NCBI GenBank assembly: GCA_965203325.1
Contig: OZ241875.1
Span: forward strand, 1,344,001-1,408,000
Source of the DNA: a bacterium
GTDB taxonomy: Bacteria; UBA8248
DNA length: 64,000 bases
Direction of reading: 5' to 3'
Shown: positions 20,586-29,097 of the stretch, piece after piece
How the letters are laid out: each line of letters opens with the position of its first letter
Position numbering within the stretch: the first letter of the stretch is position 1
Program-made: the position numbers and the translations under genes
Notes under the pieces: generated by a model
Seen by the model: only the letters and a program-made list of their open reading frames with translations
What the model was told of the DNA's origin: nothing
Database searches by the model: none

Positions 20586-21776
20586 TCAAGCGCCTTTTCC
20601 CACCACCAGCCCCGAGCATACGCCGTCGAAACCCTGGAGAAGCACGAGCGCGTTTTGGAGTTCATCGCGCCCGGAGACATCCGCCGCATCCCGGAATAAT
20701 TCCTTCTCCGATGCGGGAGATGGCGGCGGCGCGCCTTCGGCCAGGGCTTTCATCGCCATAATCAGGTCCAGCGCAGGGCTTCCCCCCCAAAGGTGGCCGA
20801 ATACGCCCTTCGTCGCAAGCCCCCAAGGTTTATGATCCCCGAAAACGGCGGAAATCGCTTCCGCCTCCGCGCCATCCACCCGAGATTCCCCTTCCCCATG
20901 AATCACGAGAAGGTCGACCCCCTCGGGCTTGATCCCGGCACACGCGAGCGCGCCCTGGGCCGAATCTTGAATTGCCCGGACGAGGCCGCCTCTTTTTTCA
21001 AGGGCGCGCACGGAAGAATATCCTTTGAGCCAACCTAGTACTTTAGATGTGTCGGCATCCTCAGGACTATTGAGGCGAATCACGCCCGCTCCCTCGCCCA
21101 GCCCCCCCGCAGCGGGCCATGCGCCCCGCCGCTTCGCGCGGGCCAGCATTCTTGCGGAAACCACCCCGCTCACGCCGGCGCAGAGAGCGAGTCTCGACTT
21201 GCCTGATCCGACCGAGTCCGCCGCCTCGCAGAGGGCGCGCGCCGTCGCCTCCGGGCCCGCGCTGAAAACGGCGTTCTCGCCCCGCCACCTGTGCTGAATC
21301 GCCGCCTGGCTGAAGCCTATCGCGTTCAACAGACCCAGCGGCCAAAGCGGGGGGATGGTGTCCATCCCCTCGCTGAAGAAATGCCCCAAATCCACCCGAC
21401 CTCCCGATTCCCTCACTGAGCCCACCAAATCGTCTTTATCCGGATCGACAGAGTCCATGCCAGCGAAAAAGGCGATTTCCTCTTCCGTCATCTCCGGGTC
21501 GGCGGGGGCGTCGGCCATCATATCTTGAGCCGCCGCCAGGAGCATGTGGGTGTGGTGGCCCATGATTCTCGCGCTGCGGCGATCCGCGCCGACCGATTCG
21601 GGGTCGATTCGCGCGCACCGCGCCGTTTCGATGGGGGGAAAACCGGCGAGTTCGGGGTCAGCGTCCGGAGCAAGGAGGGAGCGGCCCGCGCAAAGGGCCT
21701 TCCAGGCGGGTTCGACGCCTCGACCCGCCGCCGTTACCAGGCCGACGCCGGTGATCGGAATGGGCGGAAAATTCAC
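20586..21776 (-). CDS. degenerate ketosynthase-like protein (chain-length-factor-like)
   Basis: ITGVG N-terminus, HGEG, KGVFGH; active-site loop FSAGPEATARA has no Cys; GTG start overlaps upstream stop. Confidence 0.75.
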   Translation of the reverse strand: MNFPPIPITGVGLVTAAGRGVEPAWKALCAGRSLLAPDADPELAGFPPIETARCARIDPESVGADRRSARIMGHHTHMLLAAAQDMMADAPADPEMTEEEIAFFAGMDSVDPDKDDLVGSVRESGGRVDLGHFFSEGMDTIPPLWPLGLLNAIGFSQAAIQHRWRGENAVFSAGPEATARALCEAADSVGSGKSRLALCAGVSGVVSARMLARAKRRGAWPAAGGLGEGAGVIRLNSPEDADTSKVLGWLKGYSSVRALEKRGGLVRAIQDSAQGALACAGIKPEGVDLLVIHGEGESRVDGAEAEAISAVFGDHKPWGLATKGVFGHLWGGSPALDLIMAMKALAEGAPPPSPASEKELFRDAADVSGRDELQNALVLLQGFDGVCSGLVVGKGA

Positions 21777-23083
21777 GCGATCTCGGGACCACCCAGGCAA
21801 AGACAGGCGTTCTGCCCGCCGAAACCGAAGCTGTTGGAGAGAGCCACGCGATGGGCCTGCGTCCTCGTCTCGTTGGGCACGTAGTCGAGGTCGCACTTGG
21901 GGTCGCGGTTCTGGTAGTTGATGGTCGGCAGTATCTCCGAGCGGCGCATCCCTTCCACGGCCAGAATCGCCTCGACGGCCCCCGCCCCGCCGATGGTGTG
22001 GCCGATCATGGACTTATTGGAGCTGACGGGCATCTTCTCCGCGTGGACGCCGAACACCTCCTTGATGGCCCTGGTTTCGGTGGAATCGTTCTTGGGCGTC
22101 GATGTGCCGTGCGCGTTGATGTATTCGACGGCATCGGGCGTGAGCCGCGCGTCCTCGATCGCCTTTTTCATGGCGAACACCGCGCCGAGACCCTTCGGGT
22201 GCATGTCGGTGATGCGAAACGCATCCGAGGAATCGCCGTAGCCGAGCACTTCGCCGAGGACCTCGGCGCCTCGCGCACGCGCGTGTTCGTAGCTCTCGAG
22301 TATCATCGCGCCCGCGCCTTCGGACATCACGAAGCCATTCCGCCTCCTGTCGAAGGGCCGAGACGCGCTCTGCGGGGTTTCGTATCTCTCCACGAGCGCG
22401 GTGAGCAGGACGAACCCGAGAAACCCCACGTACGTGATGGGCGCCTCGCAGCCTCCCGCCACCATGACGTCCGCCTTCGCGTCGCGGATGAGGCGCACCG
22501 ACTCGCCTATCGCCTGCGCCCCCGCCGCACAAGCCGAGCATATGGAAACCATGGGACCCCGGCAGTCGAAATCCAAGGCGACGACCGAAGTCGCCACGTC
22601 GGACTTTCTTCTGAAAAACGTCATCAGATCATAGGCGCCGCGGCTTTTGAGGCCTTCGATGTCCCACCCGCCCTGTAAGGGATCGCTGCCTTCCGGCTTC
22701 CAGTAGGGAAAGATACGGAGCAACTCTTCGACATCGGGGTGATCGCCGTGGGAGCCGAGCGCGACGCCGATTCGCTTTCTCTCGGGAACTTCGTCCAAGC
22801 GCGCCGTCTGCGCCGCCTGGGATACGGCCACGCGCATCATCCGCACGCCCCGGGTGGAGAATTTATCGAGCCTGCGCGCAGCACCGTTTTCCTGCGAGGC
22901 TATCCACTCGTCGTCCACCTCGCCGGCAATGCGGCAGGGAAGCTTTTCGGGGTCGAAGCGGCGGACCACGTCGATTCCCGAGCGTCCCTCACGAGCGGCG
23001 TCGAACGTGGAGGCGACGTCCCTGCCCAGGGGCGTCATCGCCCCGTATCCGGTGATCACGACCCGCCTGTCGTTACCGGCCAT
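21773..23083 (-). CDS. beta-ketoacyl-ACP synthase II-like, intact Cys-His-His
   Basis: RRVVITGYG, CSACAAG, NAHGTST, KSMIGH, SNSFGFGGQN. Confidence 0.92.
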   Translation of the reverse strand: MAGNDRRVVITGYGAMTPLGRDVASTFDAAREGRSGIDVVRRFDPEKLPCRIAGEVDDEWIASQENGAARRLDKFSTRGVRMMRVAVSQAAQTARLDEVPERKRIGVALGSHGDHPDVEELLRIFPYWKPEGSDPLQGGWDIEGLKSRGAYDLMTFFRRKSDVATSVVALDFDCRGPMVSICSACAAGAQAIGESVRLIRDAKADVMVAGGCEAPITYVGFLGFVLLTALVERYETPQSASRPFDRRRNGFVMSEGAGAMILESYEHARARGAEVLGEVLGYGDSSDAFRITDMHPKGLGAVFAMKKAIEDARLTPDAVEYINAHGTSTPKNDSTETRAIKEVFGVHAEKMPVSSNKSMIGHTIGGAGAVEAILAVEGMRRSEILPTINYQNRDPKCDLDYVPNETRTQAHRVALSNSFGFGGQNACLCLGGPEIA

Positions 23084-23127
23084 TCACATGTTCTCCCGGT
23101 AAAACGGCTTGAATGAAGCCTGCGGCC

Positions 23128-23691
23128 TCAGGAGGAGAAGAGGCCCCTTTCCTCCTGCACCCGGTTCAGCCAGTTCTGGACCACTTCATCCCCGCTGGGC
23201 AAAGAGGCGGGTTCGTTCGTCTGCGCGCATACGATGCGCGTTCCATCCTCGGCCTTCCAGTCCGCCCCCGCCGGGCTCTTCTCGGGCAGGCAGTTCAGTA
23301 CGTCGCGCACCGCGCCCGCCAGCGTCTTCGGCGTAACGAGGGCCGGCAGCTCATCCACGGGGATGCCGGGCTCGAGATCCGCAGCGGCTTCGTTCAAGCG
23401 CAGCCTCAAGACCTCGACCCCGGTTTCCGTCACCTCGCTCTCCTCGTTGATGGCCACACCCTCGCCGAACATCTCCTCCACGTGCTCCAGAACGAAATTG
23501 CGCGCCATCTTGATGCCGAACACCTGCTCGAGGCGAAAGTTCACGTCCAGAAAATCGAGCGACAAGACGCCCAGGTCGTCCACCAGGGAGCTGTCCGGCT
23601 CGATGGTTTCCTCGTCGATTCCCGTGGTGTGGGCGATCGCCTTTTTCACCTCTTCCAAAATCGTATCGTCTGATACCAGGTTTTGCGACAT
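23128..23691 (-). CDS. atypical long acyl carrier protein (187 aa)
   Basis: N-terminal ACP signature DDLGVLSLDFLDVNFRLEQVFGI followed by about 100 extra residues. Confidence 0.8.
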   Translation of the reverse strand: MSQNLVSDDTILEEVKKAIAHTTGIDEETIEPDSSLVDDLGVLSLDFLDVNFRLEQVFGIKMARNFVLEHVEEMFGEGVAINEESEVTETGVEVLRLRLNEAAADLEPGIPVDELPALVTPKTLAGAVRDVLNCLPEKSPAGADWKAEDGTRIVCAQTNEPASLPSGDEVVQNWLNRVQEERGLFSS

Positions 23692-23826
23692 GGTTGTCCT
23701 CTGTAACGATCAAGCGCGGCCCGTCCTCGTGTAGGGACGCATGCAAACCTCCCCCACGCATCCAAGCGTATACAACCAAGGAGGGGAACGAAAATCAACC
23801 TTCTCCGAGGAATCTCCCCCGCTCCA

Positions 23827-24609
23827 TCACCCCGGGGGGCGGTTCAGGCGGTTGCTGAGTCCCCTGTCGACCACGAGGATCTGCCCGCGTATGGAAGCCG
23901 CGCCGGCGCCCGCGAGAAAATAGACGGATTCCGCCACTTCTTCCGGCGTCACGAAATAACGCTCCGGCAACTCTTCCAGCTCCGGCTGAACCATGCGCAG
24001 CGTCTTGAACGAATCGGTCTTCACCAGCCCCGCGCAGACGGCGTTGACCGATACGCCTCTCTCCTCGAAACTTTCCGCCCAGTGCCTGACCGCCGCCTCC
24101 ATGGCCGCCTTCATGGGCCCCAGCGGGTATTCGGGGTGATAAAAGCGGCCCCCCAGACTCGATATGAACACGACGGCCCCGCCCTGGCGCGAGAGCAGCG
24201 GAAGCGCCCCCTGCAGGCAGAAGACGTTGCCCAGAAAATTCGTCTCCACCAAGAGCTTGAGGTCGCGCTCCAGGAGCTTCTCCCACGGCTTGAAGGGCGC
24301 GCGCGCCGCGTTCAGGACGAGCACGTCGAGTCGCCCGAACTCCTCTTCCACCTGCGCGAACATGGCCTTTACGGCGTCTTTTTTCGAAATATCCGCAGGG
24401 ATGGCGACCGCCCGTCCTCCGGCGGCCTCAAACTCGCGGCAAAGTTCGTCCGCCATCTGGACGGACCTGCCCTTCCCGTCCCTGTGGTTCAAGGCCAGAT
24501 GCGCGCCCTCGCGCGCGAATCGCCACGCAATGGCCGCGCCGATGCCGCGCGAGCCGCCGGTCACCAGAACGACCTTATCCTTCATATCCGCCGATTCAGG
24601 GGCGTTCAT
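23827..24609 (-). CDS. SDR oxidoreductase, FabL-like enoyl-ACP reductase
   Basis: TGGSRGIG, LNAA, SSLGG...YPLGPMKAAMEA, GQILVVDRG; first gene of the FAS cluster; start codon uncertain. Confidence 0.7.
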   Translation of the reverse strand: MNAPESADMKDKVVLVTGGSRGIGAAIAWRFAREGAHLALNHRDGKGRSVQMADELCREFEAAGGRAVAIPADISKKDAVKAMFAQVEEEFGRLDVLVLNAARAPFKPWEKLLERDLKLLVETNFLGNVFCLQGALPLLSRQGGAVVFISSLGGRFYHPEYPLGPMKAAMEAAVRHWAESFEERGVSVNAVCAGLVKTDSFKTLRMVQPELEELPERYFVTPEEVAESVYFLAGAGAASIRGQILVVDRGLSNRLNRPPG

Positions 24610-24886
24610 AACCGATCCCTCACGTTCCACCCGCATTCGGCCCGCTCCTCTACATCTCTGCCCCGGAAGAAGGAAGATCGCCTCCCCCCGCCGGAAAACG
24701 CCGCAGGCTCACGGGCTGAAAATTTATATCCCACCGGCGCGCCTCCATCAAACGCCGCACGAGAATCCCCGAAATAAAGGATTGAATCCCCTCCCGAGAC
24801 CTCATACAATGGTTTTCTTTCTTTTCTCCTTGAACCGATAAAGTCTTTGTTCTTGGATTCATAAGGCGGACTGGGGGGACAAACAA

Positions 24887-25774
24887 ATGGAACATCTCGA
24901 CATCAAGGAAACGCCGAAGCTCAGAGACCCCGCTTTACTCATGGCTTTCGCGGGCTGGAACGACGCCAGCAGCGCCGCCACGACCGCCGCCAGTTTCATC
25001 ACCGAGAAAATGGGGGGGTCGGAATTCGCCCGGATCGATTCCGACCCGTTCTACAATTTTCAGGACATGCGGCCCCACGTCAGCCTCGATGAGGACAGCC
25101 GCCGGAAAATCACCTGGCCCTCGAACACGTTCTACGCATGCGAGACGCCGAACCTCGAACACGACGTGGTGGTGTTCCTGGGCGTAGAACCTCATCTGCA
25201 ATGGGAGCGCTTTTCGAAAATCATATTGTCCATGGTGCGCGAATGCCGGGTGCGGATGGCCGTGACGGTGGGCGCCCTGCTCGCCGACGTCTACCACCGA
25301 AACAGGGTCCGGATTACCGGCACCTCCACGAACCCCGATCTCGCCTCTCAACTGGGCCTCAAACCCTCGCGCTATGAGGGACCCACCGGAATCGTCGGCG
25401 TGCTGAACAATCTGTTCCGCGACGAAAACCTCCCCGCCGTCAGCGTATGGGCGAACGTGCCCCACTACGTGAACGTGACGCCCAACCCGAAGGCGGCGCT
25501 CGCTCTGGTGGAGCGGCTCAGCGAGTTTCTCTCCTATCCCCTCAATCTCTCCGAGCTCGAGGCGGGTGCGCATGAATTCGAAGAGAAAGTCGACGAGGCG
25601 CTCGACAAGAACAAATCGGTGAGAGACTACGTGGAGCAGCTAAAACTCAGAGACGACGGCTTCGATGAAGAAACCCAGCCGGGCGAGCTTCCCTCGGGAG
25701 ATGAACTGGCCAGGGAACTGGAGCGCTTCCTGAGAAACCGGGGCGCCGATGAGGATGCGCCCGAGGAGAACTAG
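24887..25774 (+). CDS. PAC2 / proteasome assembly chaperone family protein
   Basis: AFAGWNDA, GVEPHLQW, YEGPTGIVGV, WANVPHY, PNPKAALAL, ELERFLR. Confidence 0.85.
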   Translation: MEHLDIKETPKLRDPALLMAFAGWNDASSAATTAASFITEKMGGSEFARIDSDPFYNFQDMRPHVSLDEDSRRKITWPSNTFYACETPNLEHDVVVFLGVEPHLQWERFSKIILSMVRECRVRMAVTVGALLADVYHRNRVRITGTSTNPDLASQLGLKPSRYEGPTGIVGVLNNLFRDENLPAVSVWANVPHYVNVTPNPKAALALVERLSEFLSYPLNLSELEAGAHEFEEKVDEALDKNKSVRDYVEQLKLRDDGFDEETQPGELPSGDELARELERFLRNRGADEDAPEEN

Positions 25775-25866
25775 CAACACATTTCAGCCCGACACGGGCG
25801 TGACCACAAGCCACCGCCATGAAAATCACGGGGCTGCGCCGATTTGGCTCCCGATGCCGAACGCGC

Positions 25867-26469
25867 CTAAGGGGACCTCCAGCGATTCAGGACGGCCTCT
25901 TTCACCAGATTCCTGAGACCCACGGAGTCCACCGGCTTGGGGAGGCAATGCGCCGCGCCCATATCGAGAATGCGCTTGCGTTCGTCCCCATCGACGCCGC
26001 CGAGCGCCACGACGCACGTTTCGCCGCCGGCCTCGCTCTGTTTTATCTGGCGGCACACCTCGCAACCATCCACGCTGGAATGATTCAGATCGAGTATCAC
26101 CACATCCGGATGCGAGCTGGAATAGAGGACACCGGCCCGGAACCCGTCGTGCGCCACCTGAATTTCATAGCCCGGCTCATCGAACGAGAGCGCTTCTTTG
26201 AGAGAGTCGGCAAGGCCCTGGTCGCCGTTCACGATCAGCACCCGGGGAACACCCCCCTTTTCCCGAAAGGGATGGGGCATGTCGCGTGATTCCAGGAAAG
26301 AGAGAAGCGCCTCTTTCCTCACCCTTCTATGGCCTCCCGGCGTTCGGTATGCGAGCAGCCAGCCCTTGTCTATCCAGTTTTGAATCGTGACCGGCGTGAC
26401 GTCGCAAATTTCCGCGACTTCGAACGTGGTGAACACTTTTTTTCTGGACAATTTTTCCGCGCTGGACAA
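25867..26469 (-). CDS. response regulator with N-terminal excisionase-like HTH
   Basis: FTTFEVAEICDV...WIDKG.L.AYRTPGGHRR, then receiver domain (PDVVILDL, KP). Confidence 0.85.
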   Translation of the reverse strand: MSSAEKLSRKKVFTTFEVAEICDVTPVTIQNWIDKGWLLAYRTPGGHRRVRKEALLSFLESRDMPHPFREKGGVPRVLIVNGDQGLADSLKEALSFDEPGYEIQVAHDGFRAGVLYSSSHPDVVILDLNHSSVDGCEVCRQIKQSEAGGETCVVALGGVDGDERKRILDMGAAHCLPKPVDSVGLRNLVKEAVLNRWRSP

Positions 26470-26746
26470 TGGCCGCCCCGATTGTGGCTAGGATATGATG
26501 CCGCATTCGCTATATGTGAATGAGTGGTGCGAAAAATTCGCAAATGATTTCTCGCACATTGCTCCCCGCATTTCAACCAAGGAAAACGACAAAGCGAACT
26601 TGAAAACGCCGCGCGGGCGGGGCGATGTTTCAAGGCGTTGAATTTCAAGAGACTCGCCGTATATTCTGGACCCATCGCCGACATACGGTGGAACAGAGAT
26701 AGCGGCGGCCCGGAGATAATAAAATGACCCCGCGGGACAAGCGAAC

Positions 26747-27196
26747 ATGAGAGCCGTCGTTCAGCGCGTGAGCAAGGCCTGTGTCCGGGTGGATTCCGAG
26801 GTGGTTGGAGAAATCCGGGGCGGACTCCTTGTTTTCCTGGGGGTCGGACGCGAGGATACTGAAAAAGACGTCGATTTCCTCGCCGATAAAACCACCAACT
26901 TGAGGATATTCCCCGATGAGGCGCAGAAAATGAACCTCTCGCTTCTCGACACAGGCGGAGCGTTGCTCGTCGTCAGCCAGTTCACCCTGCACGGCGATTG
27001 CCGAAAGGGGAGGCGTCCCGCCTTCATCGCCGCGGCCCCGCCCGAGCAGGCGGAACCTCTGTATGAGCGATTCGTGGTGCGGGTCGAAAATCTCGGGGTT
27101 CGCGTCGCGACGGGCCGCTTCGGCGCGATGATGGAGGTCGAACTCGTGAACGACGGCCCCGTCACCCTGCTGCTGGATTCCAGGGGCGCGTTCTAG
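26747..27196 (+). CDS. dtd: D-aminoacyl-tRNA deacylase
   Basis: [24 protein letters not shown]...NDGPVT. Confidence 0.97.
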   Translation: MRAVVQRVSKACVRVDSEVVGEIRGGLLVFLGVGREDTEKDVDFLADKTTNLRIFPDEAQKMNLSLLDTGGALLVVSQFTLHGDCRKGRRPAFIAAAPPEQAEPLYERFVVRVENLGVRVATGRFGAMMEVELVNDGPVTLLLDSRGAF

Positions 27197-28113
27197 TGCC
27201 TCTGAGGGCGGGAGACGTGCCGCTTCTCAAGGAAAAACTCGACGCGCTCGCCCGCGCGTATCACGACGGCTATCTGGCCACCGACCCGCTCGGCCTGGCG
27301 CACGCCTACCGGGGCGCGCGGGATCGCGAGGTCGCGGCGTTTCTGAGCGCATCGCTGGCCTTCGGCAACGCCGCCGCGATACGGATGAGCGTAAAGCGCA
27401 TCATGGAGCGCCTCGGCCCCCGGCCCGCCGACGCGCTGCGCAGTCATCTTCCCGAGCAGAGCGCCCGCCTCTTCGAGGGTCTCTACCACCGCTGGGTGGG
27501 TCCCGAGGCCATCGGCGTTTTCGCCCAGGCGATCGGGGCCGCGCTCAGGAACGAGGGATCGCTCGAAGCGCTTTTTCTCAAAGGCTACCGCGCCGAGGAG
27601 GAGACGCTCCAGGGGGCGCTCAAAAGATTCAGGGAGCGCCTGTTCCGCTCCCTCCCGGCGGCGCCAGCGGACGCGAAAATCGAGCGCGGCATTCACTATC
27701 TCCTGCCCGATCCTGCGAGCGGCAGCGCGTGCAAGCGTCTCCACCTGTTTCTCAGGTGGATGGTGCGGCCCGACGACGGCCTGGACCTGGGTCTCTGGAA
27801 GACGCCGAAAACCCATCAACTCATCATACCGCTCGACACCCACATCGCGCGCATCGGGCGTCTTTTGGGGCTCACCGACAGGAAGACGCCCGACCTCAAG
27901 ATGGCGCTCGATATCACGAGAAACTTGAAGCGCATCGACCCCGACGACCCGGTGCGCTACGATTTCGCCATCTCGCGGATGGGCATCTTGAAGCATTGTC
28001 CGAGCAAAAGAGACATCAAACTCTGCGCGGGCTGCCCCCTGCAGGATGCCTGCCGCTACTGGCGGCGTCTGCCCCGGCGAAGAAAAGACGCCGCGATTCA
28101 GGCGCGCGGGTGA
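27196..28113 (+). CDS. TIGR02757/DUF2400 family protein (HhH-like, C-terminal Cys cluster)
   Basis: DP, SACKRLHLFLRWMVR, IPLDTH, DPVRYDFA, C...CAGCPLQDAC. Confidence 0.85.
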   Translation: MPLRAGDVPLLKEKLDALARAYHDGYLATDPLGLAHAYRGARDREVAAFLSASLAFGNAAAIRMSVKRIMERLGPRPADALRSHLPEQSARLFEGLYHRWVGPEAIGVFAQAIGAALRNEGSLEALFLKGYRAEEETLQGALKRFRERLFRSLPAAPADAKIERGIHYLLPDPASGSACKRLHLFLRWMVRPDDGLDLGLWKTPKTHQLIIPLDTHIARIGRLLGLTDRKTPDLKMALDITRNLKRIDPDDPVRYDFAISRMGILKHCPSKRDIKLCAGCPLQDACRYWRRLPRRRKDAAIQARG

Positions 28114-28186
28114 ACGGCGGGCGCGGTTGCCGGGGCGCAGACCCTGGGATACCTTGCCACCGAGGCTGATTCGGGAGATTCATCAC

Positions 28187-29092
28187 GTGGCGACGAACAT
28201 TGAGCGCATCGCACTGACCGCATGGGCGGAGGCGCAAAAAAGCCCGCTCGACTTCACCGGCCTTACCGCGTGGCTGAAGGAGAGAGGCTTCGAGGTCCAT
28301 CTCGATTTGGACACGGCCCGGATGGCGGGAGAGGAAACGGGCGCAGCGCGCGAGGAGGTCGTCAAGCGCGCCGACCTGGTCATCGTCTTCGGCGGCGACG
28401 GCTCCATGCTGCGCACCGCGCACAACATCGGGGCGGAATGCCCGCTCCTGTTAGGCATCAACACCGGGCACCTGGGCTTTCTGGCGGACATCCCCCAAGC
28501 CGAACTCTACCCGGCGCTCGAGCGGATACTGATAAAAAAAGAATTCTCTATCGAATCGCGCATGCGGCTCGGCGCGGAGGTTCAAATCAACGGGGGCGCG
28601 GCGCCTGCGCTGTCCGATACGCTGAACGATATCGTGCTCACCACCGGGCCTCTGGCGCGCATGGTCGAATACGAGGTTCAGATGGAAGGCAGGCATCTGG
28701 GCTATTTCCGCGCGGACGGCCTCATCGTCGCCACGCCCACGGGCTCCACGGCCTACTCCCTCTCCGCGGGCGGGCCGCTCGTGCTGCCCGATCTGAACGT
28801 AATGCTCATCAACCCGATATGCCCGCACACGCTCAGCAACCGGCCCATCGTCGTTCCCGCCGAGACGGAACTGGAAATCACGATCTTCCCGGATACCGAA
28901 GCGGAAGGCCGAGAGGTTCTCCTCACGCTCGACGGCTTCCCGGGTTGCGAACTCGAAGCGGGCGATTCGGTGAGAATCCGCAAAAGCCGCACCCCCGTGC
29001 GGATCATCCGGCCCAAGGGTGCGGATTTTTTTCAGACCTTGAGAGAAAAGCTCTTGTGGGAGACCCACCCGCGCGGCGGGCGGAAGATGTAA
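28187..29092 (+). CDS. nadK: NAD kinase
   Basis: GGDGSML, GINTGHLGFL, LND, ADGLIVATPTGSTAYSLSAGGP. Confidence 0.95.
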   Translation: MATNIERIALTAWAEAQKSPLDFTGLTAWLKERGFEVHLDLDTARMAGEETGAAREEVVKRADLVIVFGGDGSMLRTAHNIGAECPLLLGINTGHLGFLADIPQAELYPALERILIKKEFSIESRMRLGAEVQINGGAAPALSDTLNDIVLTTGPLARMVEYEVQMEGRHLGYFRADGLIVATPTGSTAYSLSAGGPLVLPDLNVMLINPICPHTLSNRPIVVPAETELEITIFPDTEAEGREVLLTLDGFPGCELEAGDSVRIRKSRTPVRIIRPKGADFFQTLREKLLWETHPRGGRKM

Positions 29093-29097
29093 CCCCC

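Noticed and set aside
14895..24609. Aryl polyene or ladderane assignment for the KS cluster
   Set aside because: No adenylation enzyme, glycosyltransferase, methyltransferase or radical SAM gene in the cluster.
28222..29097. Apparent 292-aa N-terminal extension of RecN
   Set aside because: Overlaps nadK in another frame; the RecN signature begins at ATG 29098.
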